This document shows positions 36,064-45,269 of a DNA stretch of 64,000 bases, in pieces. The translations under genes were made by a program, and so were the position numbers. Source of the stretch: Hormiphora californensis. Taxonomy: Eukaryota; Animalia; Ctenophora. The notes under the pieces are model-generated. The model was given only the letters and a program-made list of their open reading frames with translations, did not search any database and had not been told where the DNA came from. Location: contig CM035356.1 in the NCBI GenBank assembly GCA_020137815.1, forward strand, positions 4,340,001-4,404,000, in the 5' to 3' direction. The stretch's first letter is position 1. Each line of letters starts with the position of its first letter.

Positions 36064-39000
36064 ATGAAGTTGCTAGCATATAGAAATAGTGAAGATCGGA
36101 GAAAGTTGGGATATGAAGAAAAAATACTGGGAAGTCTAGTTGGCTGTAAACTATGCGAATATTGTAAAAGAAAACTAGACAAAAATGAAATGCCATCTAC
36201 ATCATTAATGAACGGAATGGACGCAGGAGAAGTGCCAACTGAGATAAGCACCTTGCATCCGTTGGAAAGAATGTTTATAAAACAGGTATCGATGTTTCAA
36301 AGTTGGTTTAAAGTGGGGCCTAAAACTGGAAATATCAAAATGAGTGATAGGATGTATTCAATGAAAGGGCATGCTGTCTATAAACCTCTGCCAATGAGTG
36401 ATACATTAGAACAGCTGGCAAACAACAAGGATAAGAAGTTGTTAGCAGTTGAGTATTTCATTCAGTTGGTTGGAATAGCAAGAAACAAAAAATCCGTGTG
36501 GCATAAGTTAATTGATGTTCAAAAGATAACAGCAGCATTAAAATGGCTCAAAGAAAATCATCCTGACTATAAAGATATTCAGATACCAGAGGACTTGCTC
36601 GCGTTTGCGGAAGACGATGAGACGTTCATGAATAACTTGGGGAAAACGGCTGATAATGGTACTAAGACAAATAAAAAAGTTGGAAAAGTTGACGAAAAAA
36701 AGAAATTAAACGTACCAGTGAAGAGGGTTAAAAGAGTAAGAGTTGTATCTTCTTCTTCCGCATCATCTTCAGCATCAGAAAATTTGGTAAAGTCTGTACA
36801 AAATATGCAATCTGAGTTAGACATATCTGATAGTGAAGATGACTGTCATTCAGATGTGTCAAGTCTATATCTATCGTGTAATAGCGAAGTAGAATGGGAA
36901 CTAACCGATGACGAGTCAGATGTCAGTCAAGTTGACACAACGTTGCGTAGTGGCACTGAGTATAATGAAACTCCTGATATTAATTCGCCGGCGACGAGAA
37001 CAAAACTAAGTCAGTCAACTGAATCTTATTACAATATGCGCGTAGATAGTGAAATATCATTTGATGTAACACGGGCAGAGAAAAATAGGATAGATGAGAG
37101 CTTGACACACGTCTCAGAAGAGAGCGATAATGCAAGAGAAGAAATAAGCTCGAATTGTAATAAAAACTTCTATAGTAGTGAGAGCGAAATGGAATTCGAT
37201 CAGATAGAAGGTCTTATGAATTTGGAAATGTCAGAAAACGTGTACCCAGTTATACAAGAAACACAGGTCGGTATACTGGATGAGGGCAGTAGTAGCCCGC
37301 TTGATTCCTCACAGACTGTTCAGAGTCTAGAAATGTCACAAAATGTGTACACAGTTATACCAGAAACACAGATGGGTATACTGGATGAGGGCAGTAGTAG
37401 CCCGCTTGATGCTTCACAGACTGTTCTGAGTCTAGACATGTCACAAAGTGTGTACCCAGTTATACCAGAAACACAGATGGGTATACTGGATGAGAGCAGT
37501 AGTAGCCCACTTGATGCTTCACAGACTGTTCCGAGTCTAGACATGTCACAAAGTGTGTACCCAGTTATACCAGAAACACAGATGGGTATACTGGATGAGA
37601 GCAGTAGTAGCCCGCTTGATGCTTCACAGACTGTTCCTAGTCTAGAAATGTCACAAAGTGTGTACCCAGTTATACCAGAAACACAGATGGGTATACTGGA
37701 TGAGGGCAATAGTAGCCCGCTTGATGCTTCACAGACTGTTCCGAGTCTAGACATGTCACAAAGTGTGTACCCAGTTATACCAGAAACACAGATGGGTATG
37801 CTGGATGAGGGCAATAGTAGCCCGCTTCATGCTTCACAGACTGTTCCGAGTCTAGAAATGTCACAAAGTTTGTACCCAGTTATACCAGAAACACAGATGG
37901 GTATACTGGATGAGGGCAGTAGTAGCCCGCTTGATGCTTCACAGACTGTTCCTAGTCTAGACATGTCACAAAGTTTGTACCCAGTTATACAAGAAACACA
38001 GATGGGTATGCTGGATGAGGGCAGTAGTAGCCCGCTTGATGCTTCACAGACTGTTCCTAGTCTAGAAATGTCACAAAGTTTGTACCCAGTTATACCAGAA
38101 ACACAGATGGGTATGCTGGATGAGGGCAGTAGTAGCCCGCTTGATGCTTCAGAGACTGTTCCTATTCTAGACATGTCACAAAGTTTGTACCCTATTATAC
38201 CAGAAACACAGATGGGTATACTGGATGAGAGCAGTAGTAGCCCGCTTGATGCTTCACAGACTGTTCCTAGTCTAGAAATGTCACAAAATGTGTACCCAGT
38301 TATACCAGAAACACAGATGGGTATGCTGGATGAGAGCAGTAGTAGCCCGCTTGATGCTTCACAGACTGTTCCTAGTCTAGAAATGTCACAAAGTTTGTAC
38401 CCAGTTATACCAGAAACACAGATGGGTATACTGGATGAGAGCAGTAGTAGCCCGCTTGATGCTTCACAGACTGTTCCTAGTCTAGACATGTCACAAAGTT
38501 TGTACCCAGTCATACCAGAAACACAGATGGGGGTGTTGGTGGACAGTCATACAAATAACGAAGAGAAGACTGAAAATAATGAGGTCGAAGGGGGTGGAAA
38601 GAAAGAAAATATTGATAAAACAAATACAAAAGTGTATGATACAGACAATGATGAGATAGTCAGTGACAGAAAAGAGACATGTGCCTGGGAGATAATGGGG
38701 TTAGTTAGGCGTCTAATGGTAGAAAAATCAGTCTGCACAGAGTGCTACAGATATCTAAGACGGGTGAGGTACGATTTAATGAACTTAGGATACGAGATGT
38801 TTAGTGAAACAACTCTGAGAGGACGAAAAGATCAGCTTGTGAGATTAGTAGAGCAGACAGAGGACACAGAAGGGATTTGTGTTATCAGTTCAATACATAC
38901 AAAATGTGAAAAAAGGGTAAATAGAAGAAAAAAAGATGATGGATTTGCAGTAAGCACTTCTGCGCTGCACAGAGAACTAATAGAGAGTCGGAAAAAATAT

Positions 39001-39456
39001 TTGGGGTACTTAGATCGGCTAGCAACATCTCAAGAACTATGCGGGACATGTTACGTTGAACTAGAAGAAAACACTGGTAGAGCTATGTACAGAGGACAGG
39101 GTAATGACTGTAAGCTGAATGAAGAAATATCACGACAGAGTGAGTCAAATGGGAGGCTAGAGAAATTGATAAGAAAAGAGGAAATGGAAAGAGCGTTAGG
39201 ATACTGCATAAGATGCAAGGTAGCAGTGAAACCTGACTTTATGGCAATTGAGTGTGAATATCTAAGGTCGTGGAACAGAAGGAGAGATATAGGAATGGTG
39301 GAGTTAGGAGAAGGAATGAAGGAAGAAAAGTTATCTGTACAACTAAATCAAGAAGAAGGAAAGCAATTTAAAGAAGACGTGAATAAAGACTGTATCATTA
39401 ATCATTGGATTATTGAGAATTGCAGAGGACTACGAAATGGTATGCAAGGCTTGTGA
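36064..39456 (+). CDS. Helitron RepHel polyprotein part 2 (DUF6570-like region, acidic/Ser-rich linker, 35-aa repeat array, CxxC modules)
   Basis: CEYC..MP..S..NGM..GEVP.E...L..LE and AALKWLKENHPDYKDI are typical of the region preceding Helitron-2 Rep domains. Confidence 0.8.
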   Translation: MKLLAYRNSEDRRKLGYEEKILGSLVGCKLCEYCKRKLDKNEMPSTSLMNGMDAGEVPTEISTLHPLERMFIKQVSMFQSWFKVGPKTGNIKMSDRMYSMKGHAVYKPLPMSDTLEQLANNKDKKLLAVEYFIQLVGIARNKKSVWHKLIDVQKITAALKWLKENHPDYKDIQIPEDLLAFAEDDETFMNNLGKTADNGTKTNKKVGKVDEKKKLNVPVKRVKRVRVVSSSSASSSASENLVKSVQNMQSELDISDSEDDCHSDVSSLYLSCNSEVEWELTDDESDVSQVDTTLRSGTEYNETPDINSPATRTKLSQSTESYYNMRVDSEISFDVTRAEKNRIDESLTHVSEESDNAREEISSNCNKNFYSSESEMEFDQIEGLMNLEMSENVYPVIQETQVGILDEGSSSPLDSSQTVQSLEMSQNVYTVIPETQMGILDEGSSSPLDASQTVLSLDMSQSVYPVIPETQMGILDESSSSPLDASQTVPSLDMSQSVYPVIPETQMGILDESSSSPLDASQTVPSLEMSQSVYPVIPETQMGILDEGNSSPLDASQTVPSLDMSQSVYPVIPETQMGMLDEGNSSPLHASQTVPSLEMSQSLYPVIPETQMGILDEGSSSPLDASQTVPSLDMSQSLYPVIQETQMGMLDEGSSSPLDASQTVPSLEMSQSLYPVIPETQMGMLDEGSSSPLDASETVPILDMSQSLYPIIPETQMGILDESSSSPLDASQTVPSLEMSQNVYPVIPETQMGMLDESSSSPLDASQTVPSLEMSQSLYPVIPETQMGILDESSSSPLDASQTVPSLDMSQSLYPVIPETQMGVLVDSHTNNEEKTENNEVEGGGKKENIDKTNTKVYDTDNDEIVSDRKETCAWEIMGLVRRLMVEKSVCTECYRYLRRVRYDLMNLGYEMFSETTLRGRKDQLVRLVEQTEDTEGICVISSIHTKCEKRVNRRKKDDGFAVSTSALHRELIESRKKYLGYLDRLATSQELCGTCYVELEENTGRAMYRGQGNDCKLNEEISRQSESNGRLEKLIRKEEMERALGYCIRCKVAVKPDFMAIECEYLRSWNRRRDIGMVELGEGMKEEKLSVQLNQEEGKQFKEDVNKDCIINHWIIENCRGLRNGMQGL
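37222..38532 (+). repeat. 105-bp (35-aa) coding tandem repeat x12.5, L(E/D)MSQS(V/L)YPVIPETQMG(I/M)LDE(G/S)SSSPLDASQTVPS
   Basis: Counted from the ORF translation; all units are in frame. Confidence 0.95.
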
Positions 39457-42400
39457 AGTACACATGAGGAAGAAGAAACAGATGTACAAAAAAATCCTGG
39501 AAGAAGAGAAATTTCATCACTTTTGCAATGAGCAATATATGATGGATCAAAATGTGTTTCAAAAAGTATTGGTGTCGACACAAGAGCAGTTTAACAGGTG
39601 TTGTGAAAGCATGAAGTGTTTGAGTTGTGATTTGACACACGTGAGTTGCAAACGCAGAGGAACGGTAAAAAGGGTAGTGAAAAAAGTTACACAGGCAGTA
39701 GGCGATCTTCTAACCGGGGGAGGTGACCTGAAAAGTGAAATACCGATACCTAACCGAGAACTAAACTACTCAGATTCATCAATGAGTGACAGTGACGTAG
39801 AGGGCTTAGACAGCGAAGATTGGACTAGTGATGAAGGGGATATTGATGGGGAAGTAGCAGATCATGGTTGTGATACAAATGGGTATTTAACGTTGTCTGA
39901 GGATGAGGTGGATGAGAATGAAGAGATAAGAAGAGAAGAGGATGTAACAGAAGAAGAGCGGATAAGAATGATAGAACATATGAGTAGAGAGGACTTTAAA
40001 ACTAAAATCGAGCCAATTGGGACGACGCTACTGGGTAATCCCGAAGACTTAGAGAAAGACCTTTACAGATTGCTGAAGGTAGAAAGTGAACCAGTAGATC
40101 AAAGAGAGGTAGAAGTAGAGAAACTGGCATTTCCAGAACTATTTCCATATGGTAAAGGAGTCAAGAGGGATGAGAGAAGTATTAAGGCTGAACCTTTGAG
40201 GTACGAAAAAACACGAATAATGTCTGGGAATGCAGAATTCAGGCAAAACATGCCGTACATATTTTACGTGGCGGCAGAGCATGAACGTCGGAAAATCAAC
40301 CAAAGCGTATTCGCAGCACTCAGAAATGTGGGTAGTATGAAAAGTGTCACTGTTAAAGATCTGCTAGCAATGGTTAAAGATAGTGATTCTAGTCTCCACA
40401 GACGTTTAACGAGATGCTTTACTAATATACCCGGGACAGCACAATATTGCAAAAACGCACTTTTAAAGTTAAGGGCACAGGAAGAAAAATACGGTCCGTG
40501 TACTTGGTTCATGACGGCAAGTCCTGCAGAATATAGCTGGCCAGAATTAATTGAGTACCTGAGAGATATGAATAAAGAGAAGCCGAATATTAATAGTCTA
40601 ACCAACAATGAACTATTGGCTCTTGATCCTGTATTGACGGCAGAATATGTTCACAGGCGATTCAATGCCTTGTTTAAGTTTATTAAAGATAGTGGATGTA
40701 TGGGGAAATTACGGTCTTGGTTCATAAGACAGGAGTATCAAGAAAGAGGTACTGTACATTTTCATTTCCTGCTGTGGATTGAGAACGCACCTGTGATTGG
40801 AAAACACTCAGACAAAGAAGTAGCTAAATTCATTCAAACGTTTGCGACATGCCGAATGCCAGATCCCGTGGAAGAGGGGGAGCTTTATCACATCGTAAAT
40901 AAAAATCAGAAGCACTCATGCCGTGAGTATTGCAAACGGTTTGTAAAGAAAACTAAGGGGTACAAGAGAGCGTGTAGATTTGGATTTCCTCGGGACCCTA
41001 CCCGACGATTTGTAATGAGAGATGTTACCGGGTCAGTAATAGGCAGGAAAACGGGAAAATTTAGAAAAAGGTTGTATGAACTCATCCGTACACAAGAGGA
41101 AAGGTTTATAAACGATTACAACGCTGAGTTATCATTTCTGTGGGGAGGAAACATTGACATACAGTTTACCAGTGAAAATACATATTCTATCACTGAGTAC
41201 GTTTGCAAATATATCCTCAAGGCTGAGAAGACACAGACAGATGTCAATCTGAGCATAGACGAAGGGGATTCAGATGTAAAAAAGTACTACAAGTACGTTA
41301 ATTCAGTATTGCGAAGTAGAACGATGTCCACTCATGAAGCAGCTGATAGAATTTTACAGAGAAATGGAGAGCTAGTACAATCAAGTGAAAAATATGTATG
41401 GGTAACTGCAACGATGCCAGCACACCGAAAGAGAACACTGAGACAAATAAACGAGCTGGAAAAGGAAGATGAGAAGTCAAAACGAATATTTTGTTACGAC
41501 ATGATTCATGATTACTACCCTAACCGGCCAAAGTTGTTAGAAGATATGACGATGCATGAGTTTGTAGTGAGATACGAAAAGGCATATGATAAGAAAAGCC
41601 AAGTGTTTACAATATATGACAAGTTTATGGTCGAGTTGGGAAAGTTTAAAAAGAGGGCTAGGGAGCCAGTGATATGGACACACCAGTATAATTATATGGC
41701 AGATCACCCAGAAGAATTCTACTACAACTTATTAGTACTACACAAGCCATGGAGAAAAGAAGAGGATGTGCTTGGCAATAGTAGGACATATGAAGCAGAG
41801 TTTTTCAAGTGCATGGACAGTGGAAAATACACAGAATTATCCGAAAAAGGACAAAAGAAACTAGATATAGAAAGGGCAAGAGAAAAAATGCATAATAGGG
41901 TCAAAGCTGAGCGGGAAAAGATGAAATCGGGAAAGGGTCACAGCCAAGCAAGTAGTGCAGATGTTGAAGACACGGTTCCAGTTGCACAGGCTTTGCACAA
42001 TTACGAAGAGCAGCAAGAGGAAAGTGTGATTAAGACAAAGGAAGACTTAGAAAAGTTTGAAAAAACATTGAATAGCGACCAAAAATCATCATATGAAAGA
42101 ATAACAAAATACTTTGAGCACAAGTTTCGACACGAGCAGAAGGAATGTGACTGCAAAAAATCGGAAGAAGAGGAAATGCTGATGTTTGTATCAGGACCAG
42201 GAGGTACTGGAAAAACTCATTTGATCAAGGCCATTGTAGGATATTTTTATGTCGCACGACAAGAAAAAGAAAAGGTGTGCGCAGATGTTATAGTTGCCGC
42301 ACCTACAGGAACAGCGGCTAAAATCTTGCCTGGGCGAACTATACATGAAGCCCTGAATATTCCTGTAGAACATAACAAGCAACCAACCTACAAAGAGTTG

Positions 42401-42907
42401 TCAAAACCAATGCTCGATCAAATGAAGGTAGTGATGAAAGGGTTGGGTTGCATTATTATCGATGAAATTTCAATGGTCAGTAATGTTATGATGCTGTTTA
42501 TACACCTGCGGCTATGTGAGGTATTTGGATACGACAAAGGGTTGTTTGGAGGAAAGGCAGTTATAGTATTTGGAGACCTTCTGCAACTACCCCCAGTTAT
42601 GGCAAAACCAGTATTCACGCCAATACCAGCGAATAAAGTACGAATGCTGACAGGGTCGACCGGGCATGAAATTAACATTTGGAAGAACTTCATATTCAAG
42701 GAGTTGACAATTAATCAACGACAGAGTGGCAAAGGAAACAGTGTCTATAGGGAAATTTTAAGCAGGCTGCGAATAGCTGCGACTACAAGTAAAGACATTG
42801 AAATATTGAAGTCACGGATGCTGCCTCTAAAGCGCACTAACCTAAGCGAAGACAGCCTTGATGAGCTAGTAACACGATATCTGATAGAAAGCAAAATGAA
42901 AAATTAG
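39413..42907 (+). CDS. Helitron RepHel polyprotein part 3: HUH Rep endonuclease plus N-terminal half of PIF1 helicase
   Basis: AFPELFPYG; Rep motif I WFMTASPAE (~40505), II EYQERGTVHFH (~40733), III YVCKY (~41198); CRFGFP; Walker A GPGGTGKT (~42194); APTG.AA; Walker B IIIDEISM; GDLLQLPPV; LTINQRQ. Confidence 0.93.
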   Translation: MRIAEDYEMVCKACEVHMRKKKQMYKKILEEEKFHHFCNEQYMMDQNVFQKVLVSTQEQFNRCCESMKCLSCDLTHVSCKRRGTVKRVVKKVTQAVGDLLTGGGDLKSEIPIPNRELNYSDSSMSDSDVEGLDSEDWTSDEGDIDGEVADHGCDTNGYLTLSEDEVDENEEIRREEDVTEEERIRMIEHMSREDFKTKIEPIGTTLLGNPEDLEKDLYRLLKVESEPVDQREVEVEKLAFPELFPYGKGVKRDERSIKAEPLRYEKTRIMSGNAEFRQNMPYIFYVAAEHERRKINQSVFAALRNVGSMKSVTVKDLLAMVKDSDSSLHRRLTRCFTNIPGTAQYCKNALLKLRAQEEKYGPCTWFMTASPAEYSWPELIEYLRDMNKEKPNINSLTNNELLALDPVLTAEYVHRRFNALFKFIKDSGCMGKLRSWFIRQEYQERGTVHFHFLLWIENAPVIGKHSDKEVAKFIQTFATCRMPDPVEEGELYHIVNKNQKHSCREYCKRFVKKTKGYKRACRFGFPRDPTRRFVMRDVTGSVIGRKTGKFRKRLYELIRTQEERFINDYNAELSFLWGGNIDIQFTSENTYSITEYVCKYILKAEKTQTDVNLSIDEGDSDVKKYYKYVNSVLRSRTMSTHEAADRILQRNGELVQSSEKYVWVTATMPAHRKRTLRQINELEKEDEKSKRIFCYDMIHDYYPNRPKLLEDMTMHEFVVRYEKAYDKKSQVFTIYDKFMVELGKFKKRAREPVIWTHQYNYMADHPEEFYYNLLVLHKPWRKEEDVLGNSRTYEAEFFKCMDSGKYTELSEKGQKKLDIERAREKMHNRVKAEREKMKSGKGHSQASSADVEDTVPVAQALHNYEEQQEESVIKTKEDLEKFEKTLNSDQKSSYERITKYFEHKFRHEQKECDCKKSEEEEMLMFVSGPGGTGKTHLIKAIVGYFYVARQEKEKVCADVIVAAPTGTAAKILPGRTIHEALNIPVEHNKQPTYKELSKPMLDQMKVVMKGLGCIIIDEISMVSNVMMLFIHLRLCEVFGYDKGLFGGKAVIVFGDLLQLPPVMAKPVFTPIPANKVRMLTGSTGHEINIWKNFIFKELTINQRQSGKGNSVYREILSRLRIAATTSKDIEILKSRMLPLKRTNLSEDSLDELVTRYLIESKMKN

Positions 42908-44790
42908 TGTGTCTATTGCCAACCCGAAAAATGGTAGACAGTTTCAACGGATCTGTACTGTCAAAAGAGTTTAAAAATGTTCAATCAATTCGAGCCATAG
43001 ACGATATTTCGAGTAAGAAAAAGGGTGTAGCGAGAGACAACATAAAAAGAGCAATAGAAAAGTTGGATAAACATAACGACCCAAGATTAACAGCAGCGTT
43101 AGAAAAAGAGATCAAGATTGACATCGGAGTACGAGTAATGCTGCGGAAAAACTTGAATGTTAAAGAAGGATTAACAAATGGAAGTATAGGAACTGTGGAA
43201 GAAATAGTTAAAGATGAAGACGGAATTGCTCGAAAACTAATAGTGAAGTTTGATGGGAATGAAAAAAGTACAGAACTGGGGAGAGATAAACGTGAAATAA
43301 TGGTATATTCTAACGCATTCTTCTACCGTGAACAGTTCCCAATAACTCTAGCGTATGCTATGACAATTCATAAATGCCAGGGATTGTCCTTAGAGTCTGC
43401 ATATATTGATATAGGCAATACAGTGTTTGCGCCAGGGCAGGCTTATGTTGCGTTGTCACGGGTAAAAAGTCTCGCTGGTTTACATCTAATAAATCTATCT
43501 ACTTCAAGTATGAAGGCAAACAGAGATGCTCTAACTGCATACCGCGTATTAGGTAGCAAAGGTATAATAGGTGAAAAGAAAAAGAAGACAATTCTAAAGA
43601 ATTATGGTGAAGAGAGAATATGGTATCCGACAGAAGGGGCAGATAAAGCTAAAAAGAGGATCACCGAATTAGCAGATGAGGCAAACAAACAACATAAGAA
43701 GAAAAGCGAGAAAAAAATAGGAAAGAAAACTGGGGAACCGAAAAACAAAAGGGTCAAAACTGAGTACGTTGTTATTGCAGACAAAGAAACAAAGGGTACA
43801 AAGAAGTCAAAGCAAACACAACTGGAATCTTTCGAATGTTTGTATGAAACTGTTACGAAAGACGATGACATGAGACATATATGTTCTCGCAATGTTTTAG
43901 AAAACCTTGAAGAAAGTGAGTTCAACGAGGTGTATGATGCCCTGATAAAGCCCTACTATGAAGCAAAATCTACTGGGAGGCCGACGAGTGCATTGCGATT
44001 GAACCCCGACCCACATGGAACAGAGCCATTTGAGGATAAATGGTTGTCCGATGAAGATCTTGAGCTGTTTACCTGGTACCTGCAAGACTACTTAAAGGAC
44101 GAAGAACTGGCAGGGAATCCTTCAATAAATATCTTCAACTTCGGAGGTTGTGTAGACCATGCGTATATGAATAGCCAGCTGAATACTAGCGCCAGAAAAA
44201 TGGAAAATTACATCAAACGAAAATATGCAATGACACGTTTATCAAAGCACACGACAGATACCCAAAGAAGAAGACCATATGATGTTATGAACAATCTAGA
44301 TGATGCTGGGGATCCCGCGGATAATGACATAATGACCATATTTGGAAATCCTGGAGGGCACTGGTACCTTATCATTATTGATAAGGGTAGAAAGGTTGTG
44401 AAGTACTTTGACTCTCAGATGTCAAGTAACCGAGATTATAAGAAAAAATGTAAAGAATACTTAGAGTTCGTTGTGAAATACAGACAATATCTTAAAGAAG
44501 AGAGGGGTATGAGTATAAATGAACATGCATTTAATCCCCTAGAGTATGACATTATAGATGGGGAAAGCTGCCAACAAACAAATCCATTTGATTGCGGGAT
44601 GTTCACCTTGGGTAACTTGTATGCATATGTAGAAGAACTGGATGTAAACATTGTGAATCAGAGTAAAATGGTTATCTTTAGAAGTAAAGTGATGTACCTG
44701 AACCACCAACAAAGTAAGTTGCAAGAAGTTGTGGGACGAAGGAGGAGTGAAAGAATCAGGAACAAAGGGCCAACAACTGCCAAATTATGA
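42907..44790 (+). CDS. Helitron RepHel polyprotein part 4: C-terminal half of PIF1 helicase plus Ulp1/SENP (C48) cysteine protease
   Basis: GVRVMLRKN..GLTNGSIG, REQFPITLAYAMTIHKCQGLSL, GQAYVALSRV; then WLSDE, GHW (His ~44360), YFDS (Asp ~44410) and QQTNPFDCG (Gln/Cys ~44572-44595). Confidence 0.9.
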   Translation: MCLLPTRKMVDSFNGSVLSKEFKNVQSIRAIDDISSKKKGVARDNIKRAIEKLDKHNDPRLTAALEKEIKIDIGVRVMLRKNLNVKEGLTNGSIGTVEEIVKDEDGIARKLIVKFDGNEKSTELGRDKREIMVYSNAFFYREQFPITLAYAMTIHKCQGLSLESAYIDIGNTVFAPGQAYVALSRVKSLAGLHLINLSTSSMKANRDALTAYRVLGSKGIIGEKKKKTILKNYGEERIWYPTEGADKAKKRITELADEANKQHKKKSEKKIGKKTGEPKNKRVKTEYVVIADKETKGTKKSKQTQLESFECLYETVTKDDDMRHICSRNVLENLEESEFNEVYDALIKPYYEAKSTGRPTSALRLNPDPHGTEPFEDKWLSDEDLELFTWYLQDYLKDEELAGNPSINIFNFGGCVDHAYMNSQLNTSARKMENYIKRKYAMTRLSKHTTDTQRRRPYDVMNNLDDAGDPADNDIMTIFGNPGGHWYLIIIDKGRKVVKYFDSQMSSNRDYKKKCKEYLEFVVKYRQYLKEERGMSINEHAFNPLEYDIIDGESCQQTNPFDCGMFTLGNLYAYVEELDVNIVNQSKMVIFRSKVMYLNHQQSKLQEVVGRRRSERIRNKGPTTAKL

Positions 44791-44826
44791 TAAGTTTATT
44801 TTCAGGTACCCAAAATACCTACCATT

Positions 44827-44866
44827 GAGAGTGAGAGAGAGAGAGAGAGAGTGAAATGAATAAAAT

Positions 44867-44923
<57 letters not shown>

Positions 44924-44939
44924 GTGTGTGAGAGATATT

Positions 44940-45000
<61 letters not shown>
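44827..45000. repeat. (GA)n microsatellite
   Basis: Visible directly. Confidence 0.9.
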
Positions 45001-45005
<5 letters not shown>

Positions 45006-45269
45006 CAGACAGTTAGAGAGACAGAGAAAGAAGTAGAGAAACCGAGAGACAGAGATATTTTCTATGAAGTTTAGAGTGTAGTTTAGATTCTATAGTGTGT
45101 AGTATTTATAAAGATTAGATTATATAACGTGTAATATGCTGACTTTGAGTTTTCTTTCGTTTTCTTTGGTTTTCGTGTAACGTGTAATATGTATTAGAGA
45201 TTATATTAATTATATATTTTGACATCGATACAAAAGAATAACACCTGTTACACGTGGACATAGTATTAG

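Larger units (their letters stand above)
31071..44800 (+). mobile_element. Giant Helitron-like element (group 2/Helentron-type Rep); boundaries approximate
   Basis: RepHel coding region 32725-44790. The upstream non-coding block has GC hairpins (31081-31154), a 163-bp satellite and a microsatellite. True termini not established. Confidence 0.75.

Noticed and set aside
33123-38513. Long antisense ORFs opposite the Helitron repeats
   Set aside because: Shadow frames of the coding tandem repeats.
37222-38532. CRISPR-like regular array (also 28981, 57604, 31681)
   Set aside because: No unique spacers or cas genes; eukaryotic context; these are plain tandem repeats.
42890-42910. Programmed ribosomal frameshift in the helicase
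   Set aside because: The duplicate copy has the missing G; a simple indel or sequencing error is more parsimonious.
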